Notes: generated by a model not told the origin, from the sequence alone. Numbered from the stretch's first letter, positions 39,872 to 49,632 are shown. The stretch is DNA of 64,000 bases from Candidatus Omnitrophota bacterium (GCA_003598025.1 QZKH01000003.1:311218-375217), one strand, 5' to 3'. Translations and numbers: made by a program.

Positions 39872-40575
39872 TGAAAATAGGCAATACCAATCCAGGTTAA
39901 ATTATGCGAAACAGCAAAAGCTATCAATACAAGATACAACGGGCTAAGGCCCCACTGATTATAAAATACCGGCAAAGTTACGGAAGCCAAAAATAATATG
40001 TTAATATCCCTGGTTGACACCCAAAGGAAAATCTTTGCCAGTTTTATAAAAATATTTGAGCTCGTCTCCTTTTTAAAATGAGCTGCCGAGGAGCTATCCA
40101 TAAGGTTAAAAATCCAGTTTCCGGATTTGACTGGAGTATGGATTAACGCTTTTTTCATATGAAAACCAAATGCCAGGAAGAAAAGGATAATAAATATTCT
40201 TGCGTCTAAGGTTTTGAGGTATATACCTAAACATACAAAAAAACCTAAAAGAGTACCGCTTGTCCCCTGGAAGTTATTCTCCAGGTATTCAAGCCACTGC
40301 CCCTCAATAGTTACTTTATTCTTGAGCCTGGCTAAATCACCATCCACATAGTCAAATATATCCGATAGTTGAAGCAAAATTCCGGCTGTAAAAATAGCAT
40401 ATAAGCTGCATTTAAGATAAAGATACATTGCTGCTATCACTAAAAATGACCTAAAAAAAGTAATTGCATTAGGCGTAACAGGGGTCTTTAAAAGGGCCTT
40501 GGCAAGCGGAAGAGAAAAACCCCTGTTTATCCGGTCAACAATATCCCCGTATTTTGTCAATCTTTCTTCATTCAT
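39850..40575 (-). CDS. CDP-alcohol phosphotransferase-family membrane protein (variant motif)
   Basis: The motif is D-Y-V-D-G-D-L-A-R-x8-G-x3-E-x3-N, compared with the consensus DG-x2-AR-x8-G-x3-D-x3-D. There are 5-6 TM helices. The start is set at the internal Met, giving an ATGA overlap with the upstream radical SAM gene. Confidence 0.6.
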   Translation of the reverse strand: MNEERLTKYGDIVDRINRGFSLPLAKALLKTPVTPNAITFFRSFLVIAAMYLYLKCSLYAIFTAGILLQLSDIFDYVDGDLARLKNKVTIEGQWLEYLENNFQGTSGTLLGFFVCLGIYLKTLDARIFIILFFLAFGFHMKKALIHTPVKSGNWIFNLMDSSSAAHFKKETSSNIFIKLAKIFLWVSTRDINILFLASVTLPVFYNQWGLSPLYLVLIAFAVSHNLTWIGIAYFQWKAIER

Positions 40576-41996
40576 CTTTTTCTGAATACCTCCGTTATCA
40601 TATATATTCCAGCCAACAAGAAACCGCGTATTTGCCTGGGGTTCTTCAGGAGATGGCAAAATAACATCCAAAAATAGCCAAAACGAAAATAAAATCTCTT
40701 ATGTGCCGACTGGTATAACTCATAAATATCATCTCCGCTGAGATAGTCATTATGGAACTTTGTCCTCTGATGTAGCCCCATATCTGCCCAGTCTCTGACA
40801 TTGTCCAGCCAGCCCTTTTCTTTTGCCTGCCTGTAAAGATCAGTCCCGGGAAAAGGTGTAGTTATGCAATATTGGGCTATGTGCGGGTTCAATTTTATGG
40901 AAAATTCAATGGTTTGACGCACTGTTTCTTTATCATCCTTTGGCAGGCCTATCATAAAGCTGCAAAGAACAAGAAACCCCTCTCTTTTGGCCGAAGCTAC
41001 TATTTCTTCTGCTACGGGTAATTTGATATTTTTTTGTACGTCGTCAAGTACGCCCTGGTTGCCGCTTTCAACTCCGAAGTTAAGACCGTAGCATCCGGCG
41101 CGCCGCATTTTTCTGAAAAGCTGCCTGGGATAAATGAAATCAAGCCTTGCGTAGCACCACCAGTTAATTTTTAATTTTCTTTTTAAAAGCTCATCGCAGA
41201 ATTCTTCTGCCCTGGTTTTATTCGCTAAAAATGTATCATCAAGTATCGCAATCTGCCTGGTCCCGTATTTGTTATAAAGCATCTCGATCTCTGAAATAAT
41301 ATTTCCTATGCTGCGGAAACGAACCTTCGGCCCCCAGAAATGCAAAGATGAACAATACCTGCATCTGCTGGGGCATCCGCGCGAAGAAATCAGCGTCATG
41401 CTTTTTTTCCCGGAAAATCCTATATTCCAAAGAGCACCCGGCCGGTATAGTTCAAGCCTAAACAATTCCCTTGCCGGAAACATAACTGTATCAAGGTCTT
41501 CTATCCTTTCACGGGAGTGGTTTACGATTATTTTTCCTTTATCCCTGAAGGCAATGCCCCTGATATTAAAAAGGTTACCGAACGAATTCCTGATCAGCTC
41601 TTTTACCGTCTCTTCCCCTTCACCCATTACAATGATATCTACTTCGGGCAAGCCGGTTAAAGTCTCTTCAGGAAAGAAAGTCACATGCGGCCCGCCGATA
41701 ATAATCTTCTTATTTGACTGTCTCTTTACTTCCCTGGCCAATTTAGCAATTATAGGGATCATCAAAGTAGTCGAGGACAAACCGATGATATCGGAATCTG
41801 AAAGCAAGATTTTGCTGATTGTCTGTTCAATGCTGAGCTGTTCGGCATTGGCATCAAGTATCTCAACTTCGGCGCCTTCCTGTATTGCAGACGCGGCAAT
41901 ATAAGCTAATCCCAGGGGGATCTGGACCTGTACGGCATGCTTAAACCCGGAATAAACATCCTCTAAATAAGGGGGATTCACTAATAATAGCTTCAT
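40572..41996 (-). CDS. B12-binding radical SAM enzyme (class B)
   Basis: 474 aa. There is an N-terminal B12-binding-like domain, then SRGCPSRCRYCS CxxxCxxC. Confidence 0.85.
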   Translation of the reverse strand: MKLLLVNPPYLEDVYSGFKHAVQVQIPLGLAYIAASAIQEGAEVEILDANAEQLSIEQTISKILLSDSDIIGLSSTTLMIPIIAKLAREVKRQSNKKIIIGGPHVTFFPEETLTGLPEVDIIVMGEGEETVKELIRNSFGNLFNIRGIAFRDKGKIIVNHSRERIEDLDTVMFPARELFRLELYRPGALWNIGFSGKKSMTLISSRGCPSRCRYCSSLHFWGPKVRFRSIGNIISEIEMLYNKYGTRQIAILDDTFLANKTRAEEFCDELLKRKLKINWWCYARLDFIYPRQLFRKMRRAGCYGLNFGVESGNQGVLDDVQKNIKLPVAEEIVASAKREGFLVLCSFMIGLPKDDKETVRQTIEFSIKLNPHIAQYCITTPFPGTDLYRQAKEKGWLDNVRDWADMGLHQRTKFHNDYLSGDDIYELYQSAHKRFYFRFGYFWMLFCHLLKNPRQIRGFLLAGIYMITEVFRKR

Positions 41997-42009
41997 TATT
42001 TTCCTTTCT

Positions 42010-43305
42010 CTACCACAGCTTCAGCCAGATACAAACCTGCCTAAAGATTAATTTTGCCTGGCTGCTATAATGAAAAAGCGCAAAATTAAAGAGAAAATAA
42101 ATGCTTATCCATATTGCTGCCTTCTTTTTGTTGAGAACCTTTGAAAAAACATTGTTTAGGCCGAATGCGGATACAATTATTAAAGACGGCTCAAAACCGA
42201 TTCTGAACCTCGGCAATGCAAAATAAACCAAGTGTATGATTTGAAAATAAAGGACAGGCATTAACAGCGTCAGATAGCTGTAACTGAGTTTCCTGAATAT
42301 CAGCATTATCCCATAAAAGAAAAATGGAGCAAGAAATGCAAACCCGAAATTATAAACAGCTATTCCATTGCCTAGTATTTCCCAATCCAAGGGAGACCAC
42401 AAGTATAGAACCTTAAGAATCTCGAGTTTTAATGTCTTATAAGGATTATTCCTTACGAAATCCACGGTTTTACGGAAGAAGAAACTCCGCCTCTCTTTGA
42501 ATGAGCTTATAGACCTGGCCTCTATCATTACCGGATCATTGTCAGGCCTGATACCAAATATTTTCCCCTGGTAAGGGCAGAATGAATTATAAAGCCCTCT
42601 ATCCGGGGCTTCTGTAACCGGTATTACCTGGCCTCCGGAAACATAATAGTTTCTCATACTCCACGGTATTATTACGCAAGCAAAAAGAATAAAAAAAACT
42701 ATCTGCCTGAAAAAATTTTTCGCTAGCCCCAGGTGTTTCCTTGCTGAGAGAAAAAACAACAAAGACAATGACGGAGCAAAAAGTATAACAACGGAACGGG
42801 TCAATACGCTCATCCCCAGAAATAAACTGCTTAAAGAAAGAAAGATCATTCTGTGGTTCTTAACATATTTAATTGCAAAATACAGCGTTAGTGTAAATAA
42901 GAATACAAAAATATTTTCTGAAAGCAGCAGGCTTGGCAGCCGGATAAATACCGGGTATAAGCATACGATTATAGCCGAAATTAATGATATTCGCTTATTA
43001 AAATACTCTAATGAGGTCTTATACACAACTAAACAAAGTAGAGCACCAAGCAAAGACTGAATTAAGATTATTGCCGGAATATTCTGTCCAAATAATGAAT
43101 ATATAGCCGCCAGAAATGCAGGATAAACCGGGTGGTCTTTTAACGGAAATTGGGCAAGCATTTCCGGCGTTAATATTCCCCATCGCACGATGTCTAATGC
43201 CAGATCATTATAAACCAAGGCATCCCCGCTAAGGTTAACCGGCAGCCACAAATATGGTATTAAACGTATAAAAAAAGCCGCAATAATTATTAAAATGATT
43301 GTCAT
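42010..43305 (-). CDS. GT-C ArnT/PMT_2-like polytopic glycosyltransferase candidate
   Basis: 431 aa. The first loop is acidic (SGDALVYNDLALD), and there are about 11 TM helices. Confidence 0.5.
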   Translation of the reverse strand: MTIILIIIAAFFIRLIPYLWLPVNLSGDALVYNDLALDIVRWGILTPEMLAQFPLKDHPVYPAFLAAIYSLFGQNIPAIILIQSLLGALLCLVVYKTSLEYFNKRISLISAIIVCLYPVFIRLPSLLLSENIFVFLFTLTLYFAIKYVKNHRMIFLSLSSLFLGMSVLTRSVVILFAPSLSLLFFLSARKHLGLAKNFFRQIVFFILFACVIIPWSMRNYYVSGGQVIPVTEAPDRGLYNSFCPYQGKIFGIRPDNDPVMIEARSISSFKERRSFFFRKTVDFVRNNPYKTLKLEILKVLYLWSPLDWEILGNGIAVYNFGFAFLAPFFFYGIMLIFRKLSYSYLTLLMPVLYFQIIHLVYFALPRFRIGFEPSLIIVSAFGLNNVFSKVLNKKKAAIWISIYFLFNFALFHYSSQAKLIFRQVCIWLKLW

Positions 43306-44375
43306 TTCGCCAGATTATATCTTACCCGGGGGCCTAACAAACGCTGGACAAAAACAGGCTGCAGGCCCCAGATTTTTTTAATAAATTGTAAATTCCCGGA
43401 ATCAGGTGTCAGTGGTTCAGGCAAAGCTTGTTTTTGCCTATTATCTTTAAATAAATAATAATAATTATATTGCCTTAACTTTACTGCCCATTTCAACTTA
43501 TAGTTTAACTGGCCCTCATACCTTGCCGGGCCAAAATCAAAATATTGTATACTGTTATTTACTGCCCATTTGATAAATTCCCAATGGACGAGATCTACCG
43601 CCCTTTTGTGGTGCGCTTTCTCATCCGAAGCTATATATTGAATATAAACTCTATCACCGCAGGCAAACCCCAAAAGTGCCGCAATTACCTTTTTACCGTC
43701 CCTGACAAAGAATATCTTCATTTTGTCATTAAAATATTTCAGGCAGGTATAAAAATATTTAATACTTAGCGGCGGGGAAAGAAGCCTGTGATGAGACTTT
43801 AAATACAACGGATAAAAAAACTTCTTAACCGAGCCGTAGCTGGCTTCCTGAAAACATTCTAATTTCTCCCGCAGAGCCTTATTCACAGCCTTCTTTACCT
43901 GATAATCAAATGCCTCCCATAGCCCGGATTCGCCTGCGCTTAAATCAAGCTCAGCATAATTATAAAAATTAAGCTTTAAGAAATTATCCTGCATATAACC
44001 CTCTTCAATACCCAGGCCGCCATTTACCTGGAGGTAATCTAACTTATTATCAGCCATTAAAACTCTTACATATTCTATCAGCTTTGGGAATTCTATACTC
44101 TGCGGACGGTTAGAAATAATACCTCCATATTCAGCGAACGGGACTGATTCCAGCTTCCTATAAAATAGTGTCTTTACTACATAAAGGGGCAGGACGCCGA
44201 AGGCTTCGTTATTTTCGCTTAAAATAAGGTAATAAGGCTTATATCCAAAGACCTCCCTTATTACCTCCTGATACTCGGCCATCTGGTAAAACCTGGCCTG
44301 CCGGCTTGATAATACAAGATTATTCCATTCAGTCTTATTTATGGTACCCTGGCTTTTGATATCCATATTCGTCAT
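43302..44375 (-). CDS. FemAB-like / GNAT-fold acyl- or aminoacyl-transferase
   Basis: 357 aa and soluble. Its length and spacing fit the FemAB/Acetyltransf_6 type. It pairs with a CE4 deacetylase, as in EPS loci. Confidence 0.45.
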   Translation of the reverse strand: MTNMDIKSQGTINKTEWNNLVLSSRQARFYQMAEYQEVIREVFGYKPYYLILSENNEAFGVLPLYVVKTLFYRKLESVPFAEYGGIISNRPQSIEFPKLIEYVRVLMADNKLDYLQVNGGLGIEEGYMQDNFLKLNFYNYAELDLSAGESGLWEAFDYQVKKAVNKALREKLECFQEASYGSVKKFFYPLYLKSHHRLLSPPLSIKYFYTCLKYFNDKMKIFFVRDGKKVIAALLGFACGDRVYIQYIASDEKAHHKRAVDLVHWEFIKWAVNNSIQYFDFGPARYEGQLNYKLKWAVKLRQYNYYYLFKDNRQKQALPEPLTPDSGNLQFIKKIWGLQPVFVQRLLGPRVRYNLAK

Positions 44376-45183
44376 TTAATACATTTTTTACAGAATCAAA
44401 CTCAAAATCTCCAAGCAATTTAATCAGTTTTTGTGCAACAGAATCTTTATTAAAATTAAGTATAAAATCTTCTGCTAAAGGCAGGTCCATGTCAGACTTA
44501 GTATTTAATACCTCATGAGGATGAAAATAAGCCATGGCAGAAGATTTCTTTTTGTTTAACCTTTTAAATACATACCTGGTAACAAAATAAGGCAAAGCCC
44601 TAAGGTAAAAACCTCCTCCGACAATAATGTTTTTCCCGAATAATTTTATAGTAGTCGGCGGGATCTCCCATAACCCGGAATCATGCTTATATATCCTCCT
44701 CTGAGCCCCTTCTATTCCGTATAAGAAGTTTACAGCCGGTGAAATACTGGAATCGTATGAAAACCCGCATTCTTTTATTAAATCAATAGCCCAAAGTGAT
44801 TTCTTTGTAATCGACCAGTACGGAGCGCGAAAACCAATAATCTGAGTACCGGTAATCCTTTCTAAAGCATTTTTTGATCTCATTAAATCATCCTTAAACT
44901 GTTCTGGCTTTAATGTAAAAATTGGCCTATGCTGATAACCATGGCTTGCAATTTCATGGCCGCTATTTACAATATTTTTTACTGCCTGCGGCAGGCGCTC
45001 AGCAATAACACCTAGAACAAAAAAAGTTGCCTTATGATTATATCTTTTCAAAAGACCGAGAAACATATCAATTGAACGCGATACTTCTTCAAGGCCCGCA
45101 GTTTCGTCAACCAGTTTATCCCTGCCATATCTGGAATGCAGGAAACTTTCAACATCTATAGTCAAAATATTCTTAATCATCAA
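44335..45183 (-). CDS. polysaccharide deacetylase (CE4, NodB homology domain)
   Basis: TIDVES is motif 1 (Asp), HGYQH is the His-His metal motif, and RAPYW is present. Confidence 0.75.
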   Translation of the reverse strand: MMIKNILTIDVESFLHSRYGRDKLVDETAGLEEVSRSIDMFLGLLKRYNHKATFFVLGVIAERLPQAVKNIVNSGHEIASHGYQHRPIFTLKPEQFKDDLMRSKNALERITGTQIIGFRAPYWSITKKSLWAIDLIKECGFSYDSSISPAVNFLYGIEGAQRRIYKHDSGLWEIPPTTIKLFGKNIIVGGGFYLRALPYFVTRYVFKRLNKKKSSAMAYFHPHEVLNTKSDMDLPLAEDFILNFNKDSVAQKLIKLLGDFEFDSVKNVLNDEYGYQKPGYHK

Positions 45184-45878
45184 AAACTAAGCCTGAATTT
45201 AATTATTGCCAAAAGCACCTTAAAACCTATACGCCAGTGCAGCTTCTTTCCTTCCCGGTGAGTCCTGGGAACATAATCTATCGGGATCTCATAAATATTT
45301 TGTCCGTTTTTAATAAGCCTTGTCGTGATTTCTGCTTCAATCTCGAAACCATTGGATTTTAAATGTAATTTCTTTGCGACCTCTTTTGTGAAGACTTTAT
45401 GGCACGTAGCTATATCCGAAAGCCGGACCAGGAACAGAATGTTCACTGCCCAGGTTATAAGCTGGTTTCCGATGTAACTGCCAAACCGGGTCATTCCCCT
45501 GCCCCTTAGAAATCTGGAGCCAAATACGACTTTTTTATGGCCTGCAATTATCGGATTTAATAAGTACGGGTATTCTGCCGGCAGGACTTCCAGATCTGCA
45601 TCCTGGATCAGGAAAATATCACCGCTTGCCTCTTTAAACCCCAGCCGTATTGCTGCGCCTTTACCCTTCCTTTTCTCTTCGTGTATTACTTTTATATCTT
45701 TTCTTCCGAGATTCTGCAAAATCTCTTTTGTCCCGTCAGTCGAACAGCCGTCAACTACGATTATCTCTTTTTCAAGCCCGATATCTACATCATCTATCCG
45801 TTTTATGATCTCACGGATAGTGCGCTTTTCATTATAAACTGGTATTATAATCGATACGCTCTTCATTCCCTGATCCAC
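45180..45878 (-). CDS. GT2, DPM1-like polyprenyl-phosphate sugar synthase
   Basis: VSIIIPVYNE, VVDGCSTDGT and QDADL are present. 232 aa. Confidence 0.8.
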   Translation of the reverse strand: MDQGMKSVSIIIPVYNEKRTIREIIKRIDDVDIGLEKEIIVVDGCSTDGTKEILQNLGRKDIKVIHEEKRKGKGAAIRLGFKEASGDIFLIQDADLEVLPAEYPYLLNPIIAGHKKVVFGSRFLRGRGMTRFGSYIGNQLITWAVNILFLVRLSDIATCHKVFTKEVAKKLHLKSNGFEIEAEITTRLIKNGQNIYEIPIDYVPRTHREGKKLHWRIGFKVLLAIIKFRLSF

Positions 45879-46570
45879 TTCTTTAGGTTATCGTTGATCT
45901 CTTCAATATGCTGAAGCTGCTCTATTGCCATCCAATCCTCTTTTATAAAATACGGCAATACGCGTTTTCCTTCTTTAATAACAATATCTATCAGCATCGG
46001 CATCGTAAAAAACTTATTCTTGGGTATATAATTCAAACAGGAAGACTTGATTATATATATACCTGAACTTATAGAATGGTGTTCAACCGGTTTCTCTATA
46101 ATGCCCTTTATGCGGCCGTTTTTGATATCCATTACTCCAAAAGCAAGCCTTTGGGATATCTTTTTTGTCCCGACGCTCAAATCTGATTTCCTGCGGTTAT
46201 GAAAATCAATCATTTTTTCAAAGTCAAGCCTGGTCAGGATATCTCCATTCATCAATAAAAATGATTCTTTATCCGTAAACGCAAATTTATCGGCAATCAA
46301 TTTTAGAGAACCGGCGGTGCCTAACGGCTCTTCTTCATGTATGTAATCAATCTTGATACCGAATTTTCTGCCGTGTTGAAAGTATGTCCGTATAAGCTCA
46401 GCTTTATAGCCGACTGACAATATAAAATGCTTAAAACCGTGTTTCTTCAGACGGTTGATTATTACCTCCAGGATTGGTTTTTCACCAACAGGTATAAGCG
46501 GCTTCGGGATAGCAAAAGTAAGCGGCCGTAACCTGGTACCCTGTCCTCCGGCTAATATTATCGCTTTCAT
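45863..46570 (-). CDS. sugar-1-phosphate nucleotidyltransferase (HddC/GMP-like short NTP-transferase)
   Basis: MKAIILAGGQGTRLRPLT...PKPLIPV...LGTAGSL...MNGDIL resembles heptose/mannose-1-P guanylyltransferases. Confidence 0.8.
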   Translation of the reverse strand: MKAIILAGGQGTRLRPLTFAIPKPLIPVGEKPILEVIINRLKKHGFKHFILSVGYKAELIRTYFQHGRKFGIKIDYIHEEEPLGTAGSLKLIADKFAFTDKESFLLMNGDILTRLDFEKMIDFHNRRKSDLSVGTKKISQRLAFGVMDIKNGRIKGIIEKPVEHHSISSGIYIIKSSCLNYIPKNKFFTMPMLIDIVIKEGKRVLPYFIKEDWMAIEQLQHIEEINDNLKKWIRE

Positions 46571-46589
46571 TTCAACCTCCGATCAATAG

Positions 46590-47582
46590 TTATATAGCAT
46601 AACCTTTACGGTTATACTGATGCTGGTGCGAAGCAACATATTCAATTGTAAGCCTTAACCCTTCCTCGAGGCTGATTTGAGGCCGCCAGCCAAGAAGCTT
46701 CCTTGCTTTTTTATTATCTGCGCATAAGCACATAACCTCGCTTTTCTTTGGCCTTATGCGCATTTTTTCATGCCTGATATCTACATCTTTTCCTATTAAA
46801 CCGGCTATGATTTTTGCAAGCTGGCCGATAGAAACGCTTCTAGATGTGCCAATATTGATAATCTCTCCTGTGCTTTTTGGCGACTCAGCCACCCTGATAA
46901 ACCCGCTGACAGTATCAGCTACATATGTAAAATCTCTTTTCGGCGCGATATTCCCCAGGCAAATGACCCTATTCTTTAAAGCCTGTGCTATTATTGTAGG
47001 GATTACCGCCCTTAATGACTGCCTTGGGCCAAAACAATTAAATGGCCGTATAATAGATACGGGCAGGCCGTAGGAACAGTAAAAACTTAGAGCCAGGGCA
47101 TCGGCTGCAATTTTACTCGCAGAATACGGCGATTGGGCCTGCAGGGGATGCTTTTCATCGATCGGCACATAAAGCGCAGTGCCATAAACCTCACTTGTAG
47201 AAGTCTGCACAATCTTACAGATTTTATTCTCTCTTGCTGCAATCAGTATATTAAGGGTACCCAACGTATTAGTATCGACTACTTCCTGGGGGTGCTCGTA
47301 TGAATAAGGGATGCCCACCAGGGCTGCCAGGTTAAATATTACTTCATTATGATCTACAGCCTTCCTGACGGTTTCCATTTCCTTGATATCTCCATAGAAA
47401 ATTTCAAGCCGCTTGCTTTTATTTACCAATAGATGATTAATGTGGCCTGCGTCGCCATGCGGGTTATATTCGACAAAAGCCCGGACAAACGCGCCTAAAG
47501 AAAGCAGCCTCTCTGTCAGATGGCTTCCTATAAAACCGCCTGCTCCGGTAACTAAAACCTTTTTATCTTTCCATTTAAACAT
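46590..47582 (-). CDS. NAD-dependent NDP-sugar epimerase/dehydratase
   Basis: VLVTGAGGFIGSHL, YSASKIAAD (YxxxK) and STSEVYG are present. Confidence 0.8.
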   Translation of the reverse strand: MFKWKDKKVLVTGAGGFIGSHLTERLLSLGAFVRAFVEYNPHGDAGHINHLLVNKSKRLEIFYGDIKEMETVRKAVDHNEVIFNLAALVGIPYSYEHPQEVVDTNTLGTLNILIAARENKICKIVQTSTSEVYGTALYVPIDEKHPLQAQSPYSASKIAADALALSFYCSYGLPVSIIRPFNCFGPRQSLRAVIPTIIAQALKNRVICLGNIAPKRDFTYVADTVSGFIRVAESPKSTGEIINIGTSRSVSIGQLAKIIAGLIGKDVDIRHEKMRIRPKKSEVMCLCADNKKARKLLGWRPQISLEEGLRLTIEYVASHQHQYNRKGYAI

Positions 47583-49632
47583 TTTGCTTGCTCCTTTTCG
47601 ATTTCAGTTTTGCTCCCAAAAGCTCTTTATATAATTCTGATAATTTCTGAGCATACCTATCTGCTGTAAAATTTTCTATCACTCGTTTTCTGGCAGCATC
47701 TGCATACAAGGATGCGCGTCCCGGATCAAGAAGCAGCTCTTTAATTGCATCTGCCAATGCTTTGGAATCAGCGGGATTAACTAATATGCCGCTCTCTCTA
47801 TCCTGTATAACTTCCGGCACGCCGCCTACACGGGTCGCAACACAGGCAACACCCATATACATCGCCTCGATCAAGACAATACCAAATGCCTCATTCAACG
47901 CAGGAGAGACAAAAACAGAGAATAAAGGCAATAAATCAGCAATGTCCCTTCTTTTGCCGGTAAATAATACCCTATCGGTAATCCTTCTTTCTGAAACTGA
48001 CTCTTCTAACTCATTTCTTAGCGGCCCATCACCTACCAGGACTAACTTTAGCCTCGGCTCCCAGTTTAACAAGTTAAAGACAGCATCAATTAAATAAATA
48101 TGGCCCTTTCTCCTGGCTAGTGACGCAACATAGCCCACAATAATATCTTCCCGGCTCAAGCCCAATTCCTCCAACAATTGATATTTACTCTTAACGGGAG
48201 AAAATTCTGTTGTATCGATTACATTATGGATTACAAGAAACTTTTCAAAAGGAATCCGGTCCTGGCTGCTTATTGATAAAGCTGTCCTGCCAGAACAGGC
48301 TATAATCCTGTCTGTTGAACGTGCCAGCCACCTGTTAACAGGTTTTAACAACCATTCCAATCGCCTGTTATACCTTTCATATTCGCTTTGTTCTTCGGCG
48401 ATTATAACCGGTACCCTGCAAAACCAAGCTGCCAGCCTTGTATGCAAATTAGTATTTGTCAGGCAAGAATGTACGATTGAGAAACTTCCGCGTTTTAAAT
48501 AACGCAGCAAAGCAAACGTAGTAAATAAGTTTAAAGACCTGTCGCTTTTATTAAGACAATCTACCTTAAACCCGAGCTTAATAAACTCCTCTGCGAGGTC
48601 GCCCTTTTCTTTAATGCAACAAATTGAAATTTCCAATCCTGAGCTGTCAAACATTTTCAAAATATTCAGCCTGTTTTTTTCCGCCCCGCCTATCCCTAGT
48701 GTGGGATGCACAAAAAGTACTCTTGGCTTAATTTTCCTGCAAACGACAACAGCCCTGTCTCCGCACTTGAGCCATCTTAAAAGAGTACACCCTGAGATGA
48801 ATGAAGAGATATTCTTTATTCCTATAGATAGCCTATTCTTAAAAGACAACTTTTTATAGACAAAATCTGGCTTGGCTCTATTTTCATATACTTCCTCATA
48901 AATAACCTCAAAACCGGTTGTTTTAAGAATAGCCCTTAAGGTTTCCGGTCTGAATTCCCATAAGTGCGTAGGAGGGCTATCAGAAAGCCTTTCTTTCTTA
49001 AATAACATATTGAATCTCAGAAAAATATTAAAAAGCGAACGGTTATAAGTCAATGGCTGTTCCAGGACCAGGATACCGCTATCCCTAAGCAAATTACCGG
49101 CAAGCTCTAAGCTTTCGGCCGGAGAGGGAACATGCTCCAATACATCTGCCATATTGATTACGTCAAACCGATTACCAGGATATATACCTTTACAAAACTC
49201 GCCATTCTTTATCTCTGCCTTGAGCCTGCTGCTTGCATGTTCAGACATCTTTTTATTTGGTTCCAACCCATAGACATTAAATCCTGCTCTTTGCGCCTGT
49301 AAGCAGAAAGCACCGGCTGCGCACCCGACATCAAGCAGGTCTCCGGAACTCACAAATTTTTTCATTGCAGAGATTGCCTTTAAATGGTGGGGGCTGGCTA
49401 AATCATCATCCTGCAAGCAGCCCAATTTATCTGCCCCAGGAATATAGTATTCATTAAAATAGGAATCGCCGGTATATATGCCTTCCAGGACATCTTTCGA
49501 TGGCATAGGATCGAGATAAATAAAACCGCAATCAACGCAACGGACCAAAAAATACTCTTTTCCCTTGAAAAGATACCCTCCATAGATTGTTTTTTTGTAT
49601 CTTACGGACCCGCAGATTATACAATTCATCAA
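47575..49632 (-). CDS. fusion: N-terminal Zn-ribbon + SAM methyltransferase, C-terminal GT4 glycosyltransferase
   Basis: The N-terminus has CIICGS...CVDCG and LLDVGCAAGAF (motif I). The C-terminus has EAFGIVLIEAMYMGVACVATRVGG, the GT4 E-x7-E motif. Confidence 0.75.
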   Translation of the reverse strand: MMNCIICGSVRYKKTIYGGYLFKGKEYFLVRCVDCGFIYLDPMPSKDVLEGIYTGDSYFNEYYIPGADKLGCLQDDDLASPHHLKAISAMKKFVSSGDLLDVGCAAGAFCLQAQRAGFNVYGLEPNKKMSEHASSRLKAEIKNGEFCKGIYPGNRFDVINMADVLEHVPSPAESLELAGNLLRDSGILVLEQPLTYNRSLFNIFLRFNMLFKKERLSDSPPTHLWEFRPETLRAILKTTGFEVIYEEVYENRAKPDFVYKKLSFKNRLSIGIKNISSFISGCTLLRWLKCGDRAVVVCRKIKPRVLFVHPTLGIGGAEKNRLNILKMFDSSGLEISICCIKEKGDLAEEFIKLGFKVDCLNKSDRSLNLFTTFALLRYLKRGSFSIVHSCLTNTNLHTRLAAWFCRVPVIIAEEQSEYERYNRRLEWLLKPVNRWLARSTDRIIACSGRTALSISSQDRIPFEKFLVIHNVIDTTEFSPVKSKYQLLEELGLSREDIIVGYVASLARRKGHIYLIDAVFNLLNWEPRLKLVLVGDGPLRNELEESVSERRITDRVLFTGKRRDIADLLPLFSVFVSPALNEAFGIVLIEAMYMGVACVATRVGGVPEVIQDRESGILVNPADSKALADAIKELLLDPGRASLYADAARKRVIENFTADRYAQKLSELYKELLGAKLKSKRSKQNV

